A stretch of DNA of 64,000 bases from IMG/VR virus record IMGVR_UViG_3300020049_007251. One strand, 5' to 3'. Made by a program: the position numbers and the translations under genes. Positions 10,332 to 19,324 of this stretch are shown piece by piece. How positions within the stretch are numbered: position 1 is the first letter of the stretch; each line of letters starts with the position of its first letter. This stretch comes from an uncultured virus (IMG/VR IMGVR_UViG_3300020049_007251) (Duplodnaviria; Heunggongvirae; Uroviricota; Caudoviricetes). The notes below the pieces were generated by a model. The model was not told the origin of the DNA and did no database searches. It saw only the letters and a program-made list of their open reading frames with translations.

Positions 10332-10787
10332 TTAACCTATCGCTCTAGGAGCGTTGCTAAACATTAAGTGCCATTCGGAAACTGACTGATTCGTGTCACC
10401 GTCAGAGTTCTCCATTGCACTGACCGGACGTTTTAAAACCCCACCCGACATAACATAGGTTACGGGCTTCACATTTCCAGCACCGTCCCCAACGTTTTTA
10501 ACGAAAGTACCGACCATCAAGGCAAAGCCTGCAAAGTTGCTCTGCATATTCAGGAGTAGATTGTTAAAAAAGATGTCGTCCGATGAACCAAGAATGACTC
10601 TCAAATTAACTTCGCTTTGTCTTCCTGTGTTGTTCAAACCGTAAAGCGTATTACCATTTTTCCCCGTTTTCATTTGCACTAGGTCATTTGGGAATGTAAT
10701 TTCTGCAACCACACCATCCGCAAAGTCGTTAAGATTACGACCATTGATCGTGATAGTGTCTTTTCCAGTTAATGCTACAATTGACAT
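10332..10787 (-). CDS. Tail tube protein
   Basis: 151 aa immediately after sheath; strong RBS. Confidence 0.75.
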   Translation of the reverse strand: MSIVALTGKDTITINGRNLNDFADGVVAEITFPNDLVQMKTGKNGNTLYGLNNTGRQSEVNLRVILGSSDDIFFNNLLLNMQSNFAGFALMVGTFVKNVGDGAGNVKPVTYVMSGGVLKRPVSAMENSDGDTNQSVSEWHLMFSNAPRAIG

Positions 10788-10807
10788 TATTTTCTCCTTC
10801 TTTAGAA

Positions 10808-12172
10808 TTACGGATTAACATATACGTTGATGACGCTGGACTGGATTGCTCCGGCTTCTTTAACTGCAATCTGAACGAGTGGTGCTTGACGTGCTGCTCT
10901 TGCTGCAACGGTTTGTAGATTGATCGGAGCAGAGTAGATATAGTAACCTTTGGAAAGGATGTTATTAAGGAAGTCAGCCTGATTCCCGAAGGTATCAACC
11001 GCTGTCCAAGTCCCGGGAGCCAAGTAACCGTTGGCTACTGCTTGCTCACAGATTTGTTTTAAAGCACCTTTGTAAAGATTCATACCGCTATCTGTCTGAG
11101 GAATCTTAGTTGACAAAGTAGCTAAAGCGTTATACCCAGCTACCTGGAGAGCGAGAACGAACCAGATAAGGTTGAAAACTTGATCAGCGTATTTGTTTGC
11201 TCCGTTTGAGATGGTTGCTGGAACGTTGGCGTAAGAAGCGTACACGTCAACCCCTGCCGTCACGCACAACGCTGCAACAGTTGTATTGATCCCTGCGTCA
11301 GCTGTGACACCCGAAAGTTGTTTCAGGTTCATTGTGATGGCTGTGAAGGAACCCGTAAAGTCCACGGACAAGAGTCTAGCCGCATAAGAAGCTGCGAACA
11401 AACGACCTTGCAAAGCCGTACCAGAGTAATACAAACAACGTGTGTAGTAATTCGTTGCATTTTTAATCGTAGTGAAAACTCCAGGGATATCGGTCAAAGC
11501 GTTCGAAGGTAAGAACAAAAGCTTATTACCGTAAGATTGAATCGCCGTTGCCAACGCTGCCCAGGTTGAATTAGCACCATACGACGTGGAAATGATACCG
11601 CAGAAGAAGACCATTTCTGACACACGAGCGACAGCTTGCGTTAAAGTTTCAGTGGTAACTGTCGAGATAGTAATGGTGCATCCACTACCCGTACCGCCAG
11701 TGGTAGTTAAACCGACTGCTGCAGAATACCCTGCACCGCCCGAAACCACGGTAACTCCCGTGACCGCCCCTGCATAAACGCTCGATACACGAACCACACC
11801 ACCGTAAGCAACCCCCTGAACCACGTTAAGAACATCCCCGACCACGTATCCCGTACCACCTGCTGCAATGCTAACTGCGTTGATTGCGCTATTAACAAAG
11901 CTTGGGAAGATGATCAACGTACCACCACCAGCTAAGATATTCGGTTGCTGGGAGAAAACTGCAACGGCTTGTTCGTAGGTTTCAGTCGTGGTTCCGAAAT
12001 CAACCCCTACCTGCTGAGCGGAAGTGTAAACCCGATAGGCGTCGTTATCAGGATTACTTAAAAAAGCATCAGAAGTAAACAAAGCTAAGTTGTTTACATT
12101 AAACGCCCCGACTCCCGTAGGTGGGAAGAAGACGTTCACGGAAATTACATTAGACAACGGAAGTGTAGACAT
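10808..12172 (-). CDS. Tail sheath protein (DUF3383-like)
   Basis: VYTSAQQVGVDFG..FSQQP, KIPQTDSG, AVANGYLAPG.W, AGAIQS motifs. Confidence 0.85.
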   Translation of the reverse strand: MSTLPLSNVISVNVFFPPTGVGAFNVNNLALFTSDAFLSNPDNDAYRVYTSAQQVGVDFGTTTETYEQAVAVFSQQPNILAGGGTLIIFPSFVNSAINAVSIAAGGTGYVVGDVLNVVQGVAYGGVVRVSSVYAGAVTGVTVVSGGAGYSAAVGLTTTGGTGSGCTITISTVTTETLTQAVARVSEMVFFCGIISTSYGANSTWAALATAIQSYGNKLLFLPSNALTDIPGVFTTIKNATNYYTRCLYYSGTALQGRLFAASYAARLLSVDFTGSFTAITMNLKQLSGVTADAGINTTVAALCVTAGVDVYASYANVPATISNGANKYADQVFNLIWFVLALQVAGYNALATLSTKIPQTDSGMNLYKGALKQICEQAVANGYLAPGTWTAVDTFGNQADFLNNILSKGYYIYSAPINLQTVAARAARQAPLVQIAVKEAGAIQSSVINVYVNP

Positions 12173-12185
12173 TCATCGTACTCCT

Positions 12186-12758
12186 TTATGTTGGTTGAGT
12201 TAATATCTGCGTAAATTGATTTGTCATTTTCCCATTACCCGAATCGTTCGCTGTTACACGAACTAAGAAAGGTGGTGAAATATATCGGGGTGTAATAATT
12301 TTCTGGTACCAAGCAAAGACGGTTAAGTTAACGTCGTATCTTTTCAGCATTGCGGCACCCTCTAAGCTTGAAAGATCATCGATAGAACCCACTCTCGCTA
12401 TTTTGAATGCATAAGACTCCTGGATAAATTGAGCATACTGAGACATGATTGCCATCAAAACTTCTTCTTTGCGTTGCGTTGCAGAACGATCCCTGGAGAA
12501 AACTCCCACCGTAATGTTTTCCAGCATGTTAACGTCCTGCTCTTCAATGGGGTCACCGCCCGTAGAAACAAAGGTATTACGATTAGAAATACAACGTGCG
12601 TTACGGTATTCAAGGGTAATGAACAAATCCTCATAAGCAGGGATCTTCCACTTTTCGTCGTAGACATTGACTCGGTCGCCTTCCAACCCCATTTGATTAA
12701 TTAAAATCAAACGCAAAAGGTCAAGAGAAGTTTGAGGTATACCGTCGGATTTAATCAT
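12186..12758 (-). CDS. Neck/tail terminator protein
   Basis: Position before sheath; RYDVNL motif. Confidence 0.55.
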   Translation of the reverse strand: MIKSDGIPQTSLDLLRLILINQMGLEGDRVNVYDEKWKIPAYEDLFITLEYRNARCISNRNTFVSTGGDPIEEQDVNMLENITVGVFSRDRSATQRKEEVLMAIMSQYAQFIQESYAFKIARVGSIDDLSSLEGAAMLKRYDVNLTVFAWYQKIITPRYISPPFLVRVTANDSGNGKMTNQFTQILTQPT

Positions 12759-13162
12759 AGGACATTTGGTAACGGGTTATAAATTTTAGTGTAATCCTGG
12801 ACAACTGAATAACGATTGTAACCATACTCGGTCCATTCTTCGGTCGCAACTACTCGATACTGAATTCCCTGGAAGATAAAAAGATCGTCGGCGGCTAGGT
12901 TAATATCGTTCAAAAAGTAGATTTCGACCGAGTCCCAAATTCTTTCCCCCGTCTTTGACATTACCAGTTGATTGGGGTTTTGGATACGAACGCCCTTTGT
13001 CCGGATCCGTTCGGTAACAATAGTTTGAGTGTAACCCCCCACCTGTGTGGCTTTAATAATGCCCACGGTCACAGGTTGAAACAGGTTCATCACGGCAGGA
13101 GAAACGTCGGGTAAGCCTGCAGAAGATTGTCCAAAAGCTTTATCTTTACCGTTCTTAATCAC
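12755..13162 (-). CDS. Head closure/stopper protein
   Basis: GERIW..D.F.FQG.QYRV..W..YGY pattern; neck position. Confidence 0.6.
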   Translation of the reverse strand: MIKNGKDKAFGQSSAGLPDVSPAVMNLFQPVTVGIIKATQVGGYTQTIVTERIRTKGVRIQNPNQLVMSKTGERIWDSVEIYFLNDINLAADDLFIFQGIQYRVVATEEWTEYGYNRYSVVQDYTKIYNPLPNVL

Positions 13163-13710
13163 TTGGTCACTACCTCAGAAGTTATGGATTTTTTAAGTTG
13201 TGCTGTGTCAACGAGAATCCGATCCGAACCTTTAGCATTAATGGTAGACTGTTTAAGAGCCTTCCATTTCCCGAAACCATTAGTCTCGAACCCCTTGAGA
13301 ATAATTTGCTCACAAACAAACCCTAAATTCTGAAAAGCTAACTTGGGTTGATTAACTAACATATCAGAAATAACTTCTGGACCAAGTTTCTTAAAATACT
13401 CGTTCAGGTGATCCTGGAGAGGAACTTCTAACCAAGAACGTCGGGGTAGGTTTTTGGACTTAATCCCTTTTTCATGCGCCAAGCCTATTTCGGCGTTGGT
13501 TGTGGGGGAATCGTTTTTGCCTTTTTTATGACCGCCACCCTTAGCCGGAGCACCCGTCTCTTTTCTTTGATGCGCTTGGGAAGCGTCTCCCCCAAGGATT
13601 CCTACCTTGACCACGTACTGAGAGTTGATGTTTTTAATCAAAGACTTCAGGTTGGTTAAGTCTAATTTAACCGATCCTGAATTTCCGATTTTGGTAACCT
13701 TGGAACTCAT
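13159..13710 (-). CDS. Neck/tail completion protein
   Basis: VKVGI, AEIG..HE.G..P.RS.L, STI..KGS..L.DT..L motifs. Confidence 0.7.
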   Translation of the reverse strand: MSSKVTKIGNSGSVKLDLTNLKSLIKNINSQYVVKVGILGGDASQAHQRKETGAPAKGGGHKKGKNDSPTTNAEIGLAHEKGIKSKNLPRRSWLEVPLQDHLNEYFKKLGPEVISDMLVNQPKLAFQNLGFVCEQIILKGFETNGFGKWKALKQSTINAKGSDRILVDTAQLKKSITSEVVTK

Positions 13711-13718
13711 TCAACTCC

Positions 13719-14162
13719 TTAGGCTGCGGTAGTCCACCCACAACTCATTCCGACATTTCCGACTGTGAACGGGTAAACAAGGTCGAGGTACTTTTTTCCG
13801 TACCCCGTTGTTAGGTATCCAGAAAACATCGGATCCCCTGCAAACTTATCGTTGATGTTGTTTGAAATCGAAACACCACCAACCGAACTAGAATCCAAAG
13901 CAAACTTTGCCAAAGAAGAAAGCCCCATTGACGAATTACGAATATTCAAAACCAAGGTATGAGCGGCTAAGTAAAGGAATATCTTGGCAGCTAAGTCACC
14001 AAACAAGGCGTAGTTAAAGTTGTTGAAAGCCTCGTTAATTGCGTTAGTAATGTCTAGGTCAATTACGTAATCCAAGTTACTCGGATCGCTATCTGGAGCG
14101 TAAGGAAAGTCTCGGTAAAATTGAGTTTTAAATTCAGCTACGGTTGGCAGTGTCCAACTCAT
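13719..14162 (-). CDS. Head-tail adaptor (DUF4054-like)
   Basis: F...F..F, LYLAAH.L, SSSVGGVSIS, TGYGKKY motifs; RBS supports start 14162. Confidence 0.7.
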   Translation of the reverse strand: MSWTLPTVAEFKTQFYRDFPYAPDSDPSNLDYVIDLDITNAINEAFNNFNYALFGDLAAKIFLYLAAHTLVLNIRNSSMGLSSLAKFALDSSSVGGVSISNNINDKFAGDPMFSGYLTTGYGKKYLDLVYPFTVGNVGMSCGWTTAA

Positions 14163-14163
14163 T

Positions 14164-14379
14164 TTATTTTCCTTTTGTTTTCTTCTCTTCGACAATTTCT
14201 ACGACGGTTATTCCTGCGTAACCCACAAGGTTCTTACCGAGCTTATCGGAGACTTCAACGATACCTTTACCGGGTTCAATGATTTTTTCTTCTTTTTTAT
14301 GCCCTGCTGAGGCACCTTTGATTACATCTTCCGCCCTAACGATAAAGGAACGGTTGGAACTATTGGTGATTCTATACAT
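14164..14379 (-). CDS. Hypothetical head-associated protein
   Basis: RBS AGGAG; between capsid and adaptor. Confidence 0.55.
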   Translation of the reverse strand: MYRITNSSNRSFIVRAEDVIKGASAGHKKEEKIIEPGKGIVEVSDKLGKNLVGYAGITVVEIVEEKKTKGK

Positions 14380-14405
14380 CGTTAACTCCTTTTTGTTTTT
14401 AGGAA

Positions 14406-14441
14406 GGAGAGGGTAGAAGTCGCTAGAAAACTACCCTCCCC
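14406..14441 (-). terminator. Hairpin after capsid gene (terminator/stabiliser)
   Basis: GAGGGTAG/CTACCCTC inverted repeat just downstream of the capsid stop. Confidence 0.5.
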
Positions 14442-14454
14442 ATTTCTCTATTGA

Positions 14455-15519
14455 TTATGTTTTATCAATGTAGAGAATTTCCAATGGTTTAAGAACCGTA
14501 ACGCCTGCGTATTGAGCGTAGGCGACGTTCTGGAAGTTGAAGTTATTCAACGTCCCGACAGCGGTTGTTTGATACTCAACCGGGAGTTCTTGGAACAAGG
14601 TATCAATGTCACGACGCATCAAGATGTAACGTGACTTGTTAACCCCTGCTGCTGCGTTGTATGTTGCCATACCGTAAGCAGAAGGAAGGATGCGGAAATT
14701 CCCACCCGGGATGATCATGTCAAAAGCTTGTTTCAAGTAGCTCAACATGCTGATGTTCGGGTAGGTCGAAGAAACTGGAACAGCCAAACCAGCGTATACG
14801 TCCTGAGGAATAATGAACGTATTCGGGAAACGGGTTTGGTTACAGTTTGACAAGAACGCTCCAACGACTGCACCAACGAAGGTGGAGAAGTTAGCTGCGG
14901 ACATAGCGTTCAATTCTCCGGTTCCAGCCGTGATCAAGGTGGTGTTGATATTAACACCGGATTGGCTGTAAAGACCAGGGAAATTGGTCAAGTCATCCGA
15001 ATCCCCGAGGAATGCGATTTCTTGGATACCGAGGTCGTAATCCATTTTACGGGCACGTTCTTTAGCTTCAACAGGATCCCAAGAACCTGTAAACAAAGCT
15101 TGCTGAACGTCGAAGATGCTGTACTCGATTGCCAACGCCCAGTTACGAACGTAGGTGTAGAACGGTGTAACTGCAGCATCAGCCGTGGCTAATTTGCTGT
15201 TGTGACCAGCGGTGTTGATCTTACCAGATTTGAAACTGGCACCCGTTTTAATGGAAGCCTGGGTAATGATCTGGGCTGAGAAGGCACCCTCACCTGGGAT
15301 AACGTCAAAGTATTCTGACGGGTTAACTTCGTAGAACGACTGCTCCACAATGCGTTGACGGATGTAAGTCAAACGATCGGTGGCGTACTGGTAAGCAAGG
15401 GAAGAGGTGGCAATGTCACCGTTTGCGTTCATAAGTTCCAAACCACGGAACTTCTTGGTATTGTACTTTTCTTCCATCATGTGTTTAAACTTGTCCGGAT
15501 CGATACCTTTGTAATTCAT
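14455..15519 (-). CDS. Major capsid protein (DUF2184/encapsulin-like HK97 fold)
   Basis: IAFLGD....PGL, PNT.I.P, GV.V..P..I.Y.D motifs; 354 aa; position. Confidence 0.85.
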   Translation of the reverse strand: MNYKGIDPDKFKHMMEEKYNTKKFRGLELMNANGDIATSSLAYQYATDRLTYIRQRIVEQSFYEVNPSEYFDVIPGEGAFSAQIITQASIKTGASFKSGKINTAGHNSKLATADAAVTPFYTYVRNWALAIEYSIFDVQQALFTGSWDPVEAKERARKMDYDLGIQEIAFLGDSDDLTNFPGLYSQSGVNINTTLITAGTGELNAMSAANFSTFVGAVVGAFLSNCNQTRFPNTFIIPQDVYAGLAVPVSSTYPNISMLSYLKQAFDMIIPGGNFRILPSAYGMATYNAAAGVNKSRYILMRRDIDTLFQELPVEYQTTAVGTLNNFNFQNVAYAQYAGVTVLKPLEILYIDKT

Positions 15520-15552
15520 TTTTAATTTCCTCCTTAGGATTTGATTTTAAAA

Positions 15553-16011
15553 TTATGCTAATGCGTTAGGTGTCGGACGAATCAACACACGAACAATGTC
15601 ACCTGCAGCCGAAGCTTCATCCAGGGTGATACCGATATAATTCTGGTTCGTGGCAGTTGCCTGAACGTATTTACTGACCGAGTTCCAAGAAACCAACTGA
15701 CGACGGCTGAGTGTACCAGCAGCGGCCATTGTAACGATTGTACCTTCCAAAGCAATTTCGGTAACGTCTAAAGCAGCGTACGTAGCTTTCTTTGCGTTGA
15801 AAAGAATAACACCCTGACCAGCGTCACCTGAGATTGCAGGGTTAACAACTGGCGTATCACCGTCTTCGGTAGCGTTGAATTTAACAACGTCACCAGCTGC
15901 ACCCGCAGGTGTATACGTACTGGAAAGACGGACAGCGATAACGTTTGCTGCCGGGTTCATGACCTCACCGAGTTGGTTGGTGAGCTTAAACTGATTCAAT
16001 TGAATAGGCAT
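15553..16011 (-). CDS. Capsid cement/decoration protein
   Basis: Ala/Gly-rich, IG..LD.A.AAGD.VRV C-terminus; between protease and capsid. Confidence 0.7.
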   Translation of the reverse strand: MPIQLNQFKLTNQLGEVMNPAANVIAVRLSSTYTPAGAAGDVVKFNATEDGDTPVVNPAISGDAGQGVILFNAKKATYAALDVTEIALEGTIVTMAAAGTLSRRQLVSWNSVSKYVQATATNQNYIGITLDEASAAGDIVRVLIRPTPNALA

Positions 16012-16041
16012 TTCTATAACCTCCTGTTTTGTTTTCGATTG

Positions 16042-17175
16042 TTAAGCTTTTTTATTGGTTTTCGCTCGGAATTCAGCAGCCCGTTCTGCACGTGTTTTCG
16101 GAGCAGGCGAACCAGATTCATTTTCCAGAGCGTCGAAGTTCTTGCTTGCATTACTTAATTCAAGGAAGAAAGCATCGGACTTAGCTTTGGAGTTCTTTTT
16201 TTCTTCTTCCTTAGCTTTTTCTTCTTCAGCTGCAGCGTTCTTTTTTTCTTCGTCCTCCTTGGCTTTCTTTTCCTCTTCTTCTTTTTCATTCTTCTTTGCG
16301 GCTTCCATCTTTTCCTTTTCTTCCTCTTCCTTAGCGTTCTTGGCTTCCTCTTCCTTTTTCTTTTCGTCATCAGAGTTTTTCTTTTCATTCTCTGACTTCA
16401 TAAGATAGCAAGCTTTGAGTTCGCCGATGCTGACAGAATTACCGTTCATGTCAACGATGTCAGAATCCTGAGCAACGTACTTTTCTTTGTCATTGCTGGC
16501 AGTATAAGTTTCAAACGCTAACTTCTTGCCATTAAGGCAGTACAAAAGAACGTCAGCAAGGGGAACGGCTTTATCGTTTAGGGCGACGTGAATCGGGGCT
16601 TCCTCCTGCTTATTGTTCTCCGACTTCTTGAACAATTTGAAAATTGACATTCCACACTCCTTCTGATTGTTTAGATAATGAGCAGCCTTTCCGTTCACCA
16701 GCATCGCTGGTAACTGCTTTGTGATTTTAGAATCCTCATACCTGGGAGAATTCACTAACGCTAAGTGCGTGAATGAACCGTCAGTAATCTCTCCGTCGAA
16801 CTTGATGTCATGCCATAAACCCCCCTCTGCTACGTCTAAAACATTATAGGCGCAGGAAACTGAATAGCCTTTTTCGTCGATCAAAGCCCGTGCTTTGTCG
16901 TCCGTCACAATAAAGTCAGCGTAGAACCACGCATCTTCTGGAGAAAAACGGACATTGATAACGTAGCCAACGGCCACTTTGTCGTAATTCTCCGGTGTAA
17001 CATTTTGATGATCAATGATAACCGGACGACCGATGAAGGTGTGAGCCATCTTGTCGATCGTTTCTTTCTTGAGCAAAGCAATCCCAGCACCGGAATCCTC
17101 ATAGGAAACAATCCCAGCTTCAAGGAACTTGCAGGAATAAACTTCTGGCCAGTCTTTAGCGTTTTTTAATTGCAT
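16042..17175 (-). CDS. Prohead protease (DUF2213-like) fused to Lys/Glu-rich scaffold
   Basis: G.PV...H, VSCAY, HLALV..PRY motifs; charged C-terminal repeats. Confidence 0.85.
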   Translation of the reverse strand: MQLKNAKDWPEVYSCKFLEAGIVSYEDSGAGIALLKKETIDKMAHTFIGRPVIIDHQNVTPENYDKVAVGYVINVRFSPEDAWFYADFIVTDDKARALIDEKGYSVSCAYNVLDVAEGGLWHDIKFDGEITDGSFTHLALVNSPRYEDSKITKQLPAMLVNGKAAHYLNNQKECGMSIFKLFKKSENNKQEEAPIHVALNDKAVPLADVLLYCLNGKKLAFETYTASNDKEKYVAQDSDIVDMNGNSVSIGELKACYLMKSENEKKNSDDEKKKEEEAKNAKEEEEKEKMEAAKKNEKEEEEKKAKEDEEKKNAAAEEEKAKEEEKKNSKAKSDAFFLELSNASKNFDALENESGSPAPKTRAERAAEFRAKTNKKA

Positions 17176-17358
17176 TTACTTAGTTCCATAGTCTTTTGGT
17201 ACTCTTTCTACAATAGCTACAAACCCATTAGCTTCTTGATGAATTGAAACTTTATACCCTTCTTTTTCTAACTGCTCTTTATAAAATTCAGCTTTTTCTT
17301 TTGTAGGAAAGCTATGACCAATGCCATTCTTTCTTTCTAACAAATCATGTCTTCGCAT
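17176..17358 (-). CDS. Small hypothetical protein (MRRHDLL N-terminus)
   Basis: Coupled to flanking head genes; RBS AGGAG. Confidence 0.6.
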   Translation of the reverse strand: MRRHDLLERKNGIGHSFPTKEKAEFYKEQLEKEGYKVSIHQEANGFVAIVERVPKDYGTK

Positions 17359-18178
17359 TTTCTATCTCCTTAAACAAATTACTAGTATGATCATTTTGCC
17401 CATTTCCCATAATATTGGGGTGTTTTTCTTCCACTGCCCTTTTCGGTTCATTCGGTTCAGCTAAAAATACATTTTCCGACTTTTCGTTAAGTCCGGGATT
17501 TCTTTCAAGAACGTCAGCATTAAACAGATGCCCGGAGTTGGCAAACGTAACGTGCGCATGTTTAATTCTTACACCCCAGTGCACGTATTGGGGGATGTTG
17601 TTGTCCAAACAAATCTGAGCGAAGTAAGAATCGTCCGGGCAAACCTCGTCGCCTTTGTACATTGGGCGTTCCAGGTATTTAAAAGGTGCTACCTTAATAA
17701 GTGTCATACCGAACCCGATCAAGTCAACTTGCTGAACATCCGTCCCGGTGTAACCGTGGAACTGAACCGACTCCAACGTCTGCTCGTTCTTGTCAAAGGT
17801 CTCAATCAAACTTCTGGAAGGATCCCTCCTTAGCATCGCTTGAACGGTGTACGGGTAACGGCGATTTGGATAGGCTGCACCGATGACAACCTTGTCAGCT
17901 TCCAGAAGCTTGGTGAATCCGTCAACGGGAACTCCGTGAATGTCGTCGTCAATCCGAAGGATGTAATCGAACTTGTTAGCGAAAGCGACGTCCCAAATTT
18001 CGTTGTTAGCTGGCCACCAATTCTGACGGTACGGACAAAAAATAGCGTGCGTGAATCCATTACGTCGAACGTCGTTAAGAATCTTAAATAGCGAACTTAG
18101 CCAACGGTCGGGGTCAGGATCAATCCCACAAGTCGGACAAGCAATTAGAACCTTGAGCGGTTTGTCATTTTTCTGCAT
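17345..18178 (-). CDS. Glycosyltransferase (GT-A fold)
   Basis: VLIACPT, DYILRIDDD (DxD), IGFGMTLIK, PDDSYF..H motifs; RBS GGAG before ATG 18178. Confidence 0.7.
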   Translation of the reverse strand: MQKNDKPLKVLIACPTCGIDPDPDRWLSSLFKILNDVRRNGFTHAIFCPYRQNWWPANNEIWDVAFANKFDYILRIDDDIHGVPVDGFTKLLEADKVVIGAAYPNRRYPYTVQAMLRRDPSRSLIETFDKNEQTLESVQFHGYTGTDVQQVDLIGFGMTLIKVAPFKYLERPMYKGDEVCPDDSYFAQICLDNNIPQYVHWGVRIKHAHVTFANSGHLFNADVLERNPGLNEKSENVFLAEPNEPKRAVEEKHPNIMGNGQNDHTSNLFKEIENAKT

Positions 18179-19151
18179 AATCAAACTCCAACATGTTAAC
18201 GGTTGATAAAACGGGAATTGCTACACAGCGGCAGTTAAAATCTTCGCCGGGATTGTTTCTTGCACCTGTCGCAGGATCAGTGACGGGGGGTTGATCGAAC
18301 CTGAAAATTCTCCCCTGTAGGTGGCGATGAGCATCACGCACCCTTGAATCCTTTGATGTAGACCACATGTACTTATTAACTCCGGCGTCCTCGTAACGAA
18401 CTTGGCGGTACTTCGAAACCATTAAGCTTGTTTCTTGCTTGGCTAGGAACTTCGCTTTATTGTAGGATACCTTCTTTTCCGCTTGGATATCCTGAATCAA
18501 GTTCTCTGCTCGGAAACCTTGCTGTACGTTTGAAGACACTTTCTGTCTTAAACGCAGGATTTGTTCATCGTGCCATTTCTGGATGTAAAGATCGAGGTTT
18601 TCGGTGTAGTCGTCTTTAAGCTTTTCCACCAACTCTGGACGTAAAGGAATCCCTAACTCTTTGCCCGTGACCTTCTTTGTAGTGGTTTCGAATTGCTTAT
18701 CCAACCCCTGTAAGGTTTTCCCGAAGAGCGGAGTAAGGTCACCCACCTTAATCTTTTGCCCTTCAACGGCTTTAAGGAAATCCTCGACCTGTCTTAACTT
18801 TGCTTTTGCTTCGATGTTACCTTCTGTGATTGCCAACAGTACATCTTGGGGCAGGTCGCCAGTCTCCAGCTTATAGGCCTTTTTTACTTTATTGTAAACT
18901 GCGCCAATGCCCCTAAGTTCTTTTGAAAGGTTTGAATTGAGTTGTCCAATGAAGAATCCGTTGACGTATTGTAACTTTCCCGAGCGCAAAGCCTGAACCA
19001 AGTAACGACTCGAAGCATTCTCAACCGTCGGCTTGCCTTCCATGATCTGGAAAAGCGGAGCAAAGATAGCCAAATACAAAGCGTAGTAAATCTCCTTTGC
19101 AATCGGGGCTGAGTAAGCGTCACGGTCGTATATTGGTTTAAGGGTTTTCAT
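18165..19151 (-). CDS. Head morphogenesis protein (SPP1 gp7/Mu F family)
   Basis: Y.WSTSKD.RVR..H, PGEDFNCRCVAIP. Confidence 0.9.
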   Translation of the reverse strand: MKTLKPIYDRDAYSAPIAKEIYYALYLAIFAPLFQIMEGKPTVENASSRYLVQALRSGKLQYVNGFFIGQLNSNLSKELRGIGAVYNKVKKAYKLETGDLPQDVLLAITEGNIEAKAKLRQVEDFLKAVEGQKIKVGDLTPLFGKTLQGLDKQFETTTKKVTGKELGIPLRPELVEKLKDDYTENLDLYIQKWHDEQILRLRQKVSSNVQQGFRAENLIQDIQAEKKVSYNKAKFLAKQETSLMVSKYRQVRYEDAGVNKYMWSTSKDSRVRDAHRHLQGRIFRFDQPPVTDPATGARNNPGEDFNCRCVAIPVLSTVNMLEFDYAEK

Positions 19152-19324
19152 TTTAACTGAGGTATGTACTCTTGTAATTGTTCAATGGTCTTAAAGGTTT
19201 TTTGATCTACTTCGTATCTATCGATTTTACCGTCTATAGTAACCTTGGTTACGGTCTTACCGTACATTACCCGTGACTCCCGATGCTCATCCTTCTTAGC
19301 AGCAAGCAACTCATGACGTCGCAT
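19148..19324 (-). CDS. Small hypothetical protein, 58 aa (MRRHELL N-terminus; not in ORF track)
   Basis: TAATG overlap with portal stop and ATGA overlap with gp7 start; MRRHELLAAKKDEHRESRVMYGK...QLK. Confidence 0.65.
   Translation of the reverse strand: MRRHELLAAKKDEHRESRVMYGKTVTKVTIDGKIDRYEVDQKTFKTIEQLQEYIPQLK

Noticed and set aside
16055..16408. Phe/Ser-rich plus-strand ORF and Lys/Arg-rich alternate-frame ORF
   Set aside because: Shadows of the low-complexity Lys/Glu scaffold coding sequence.
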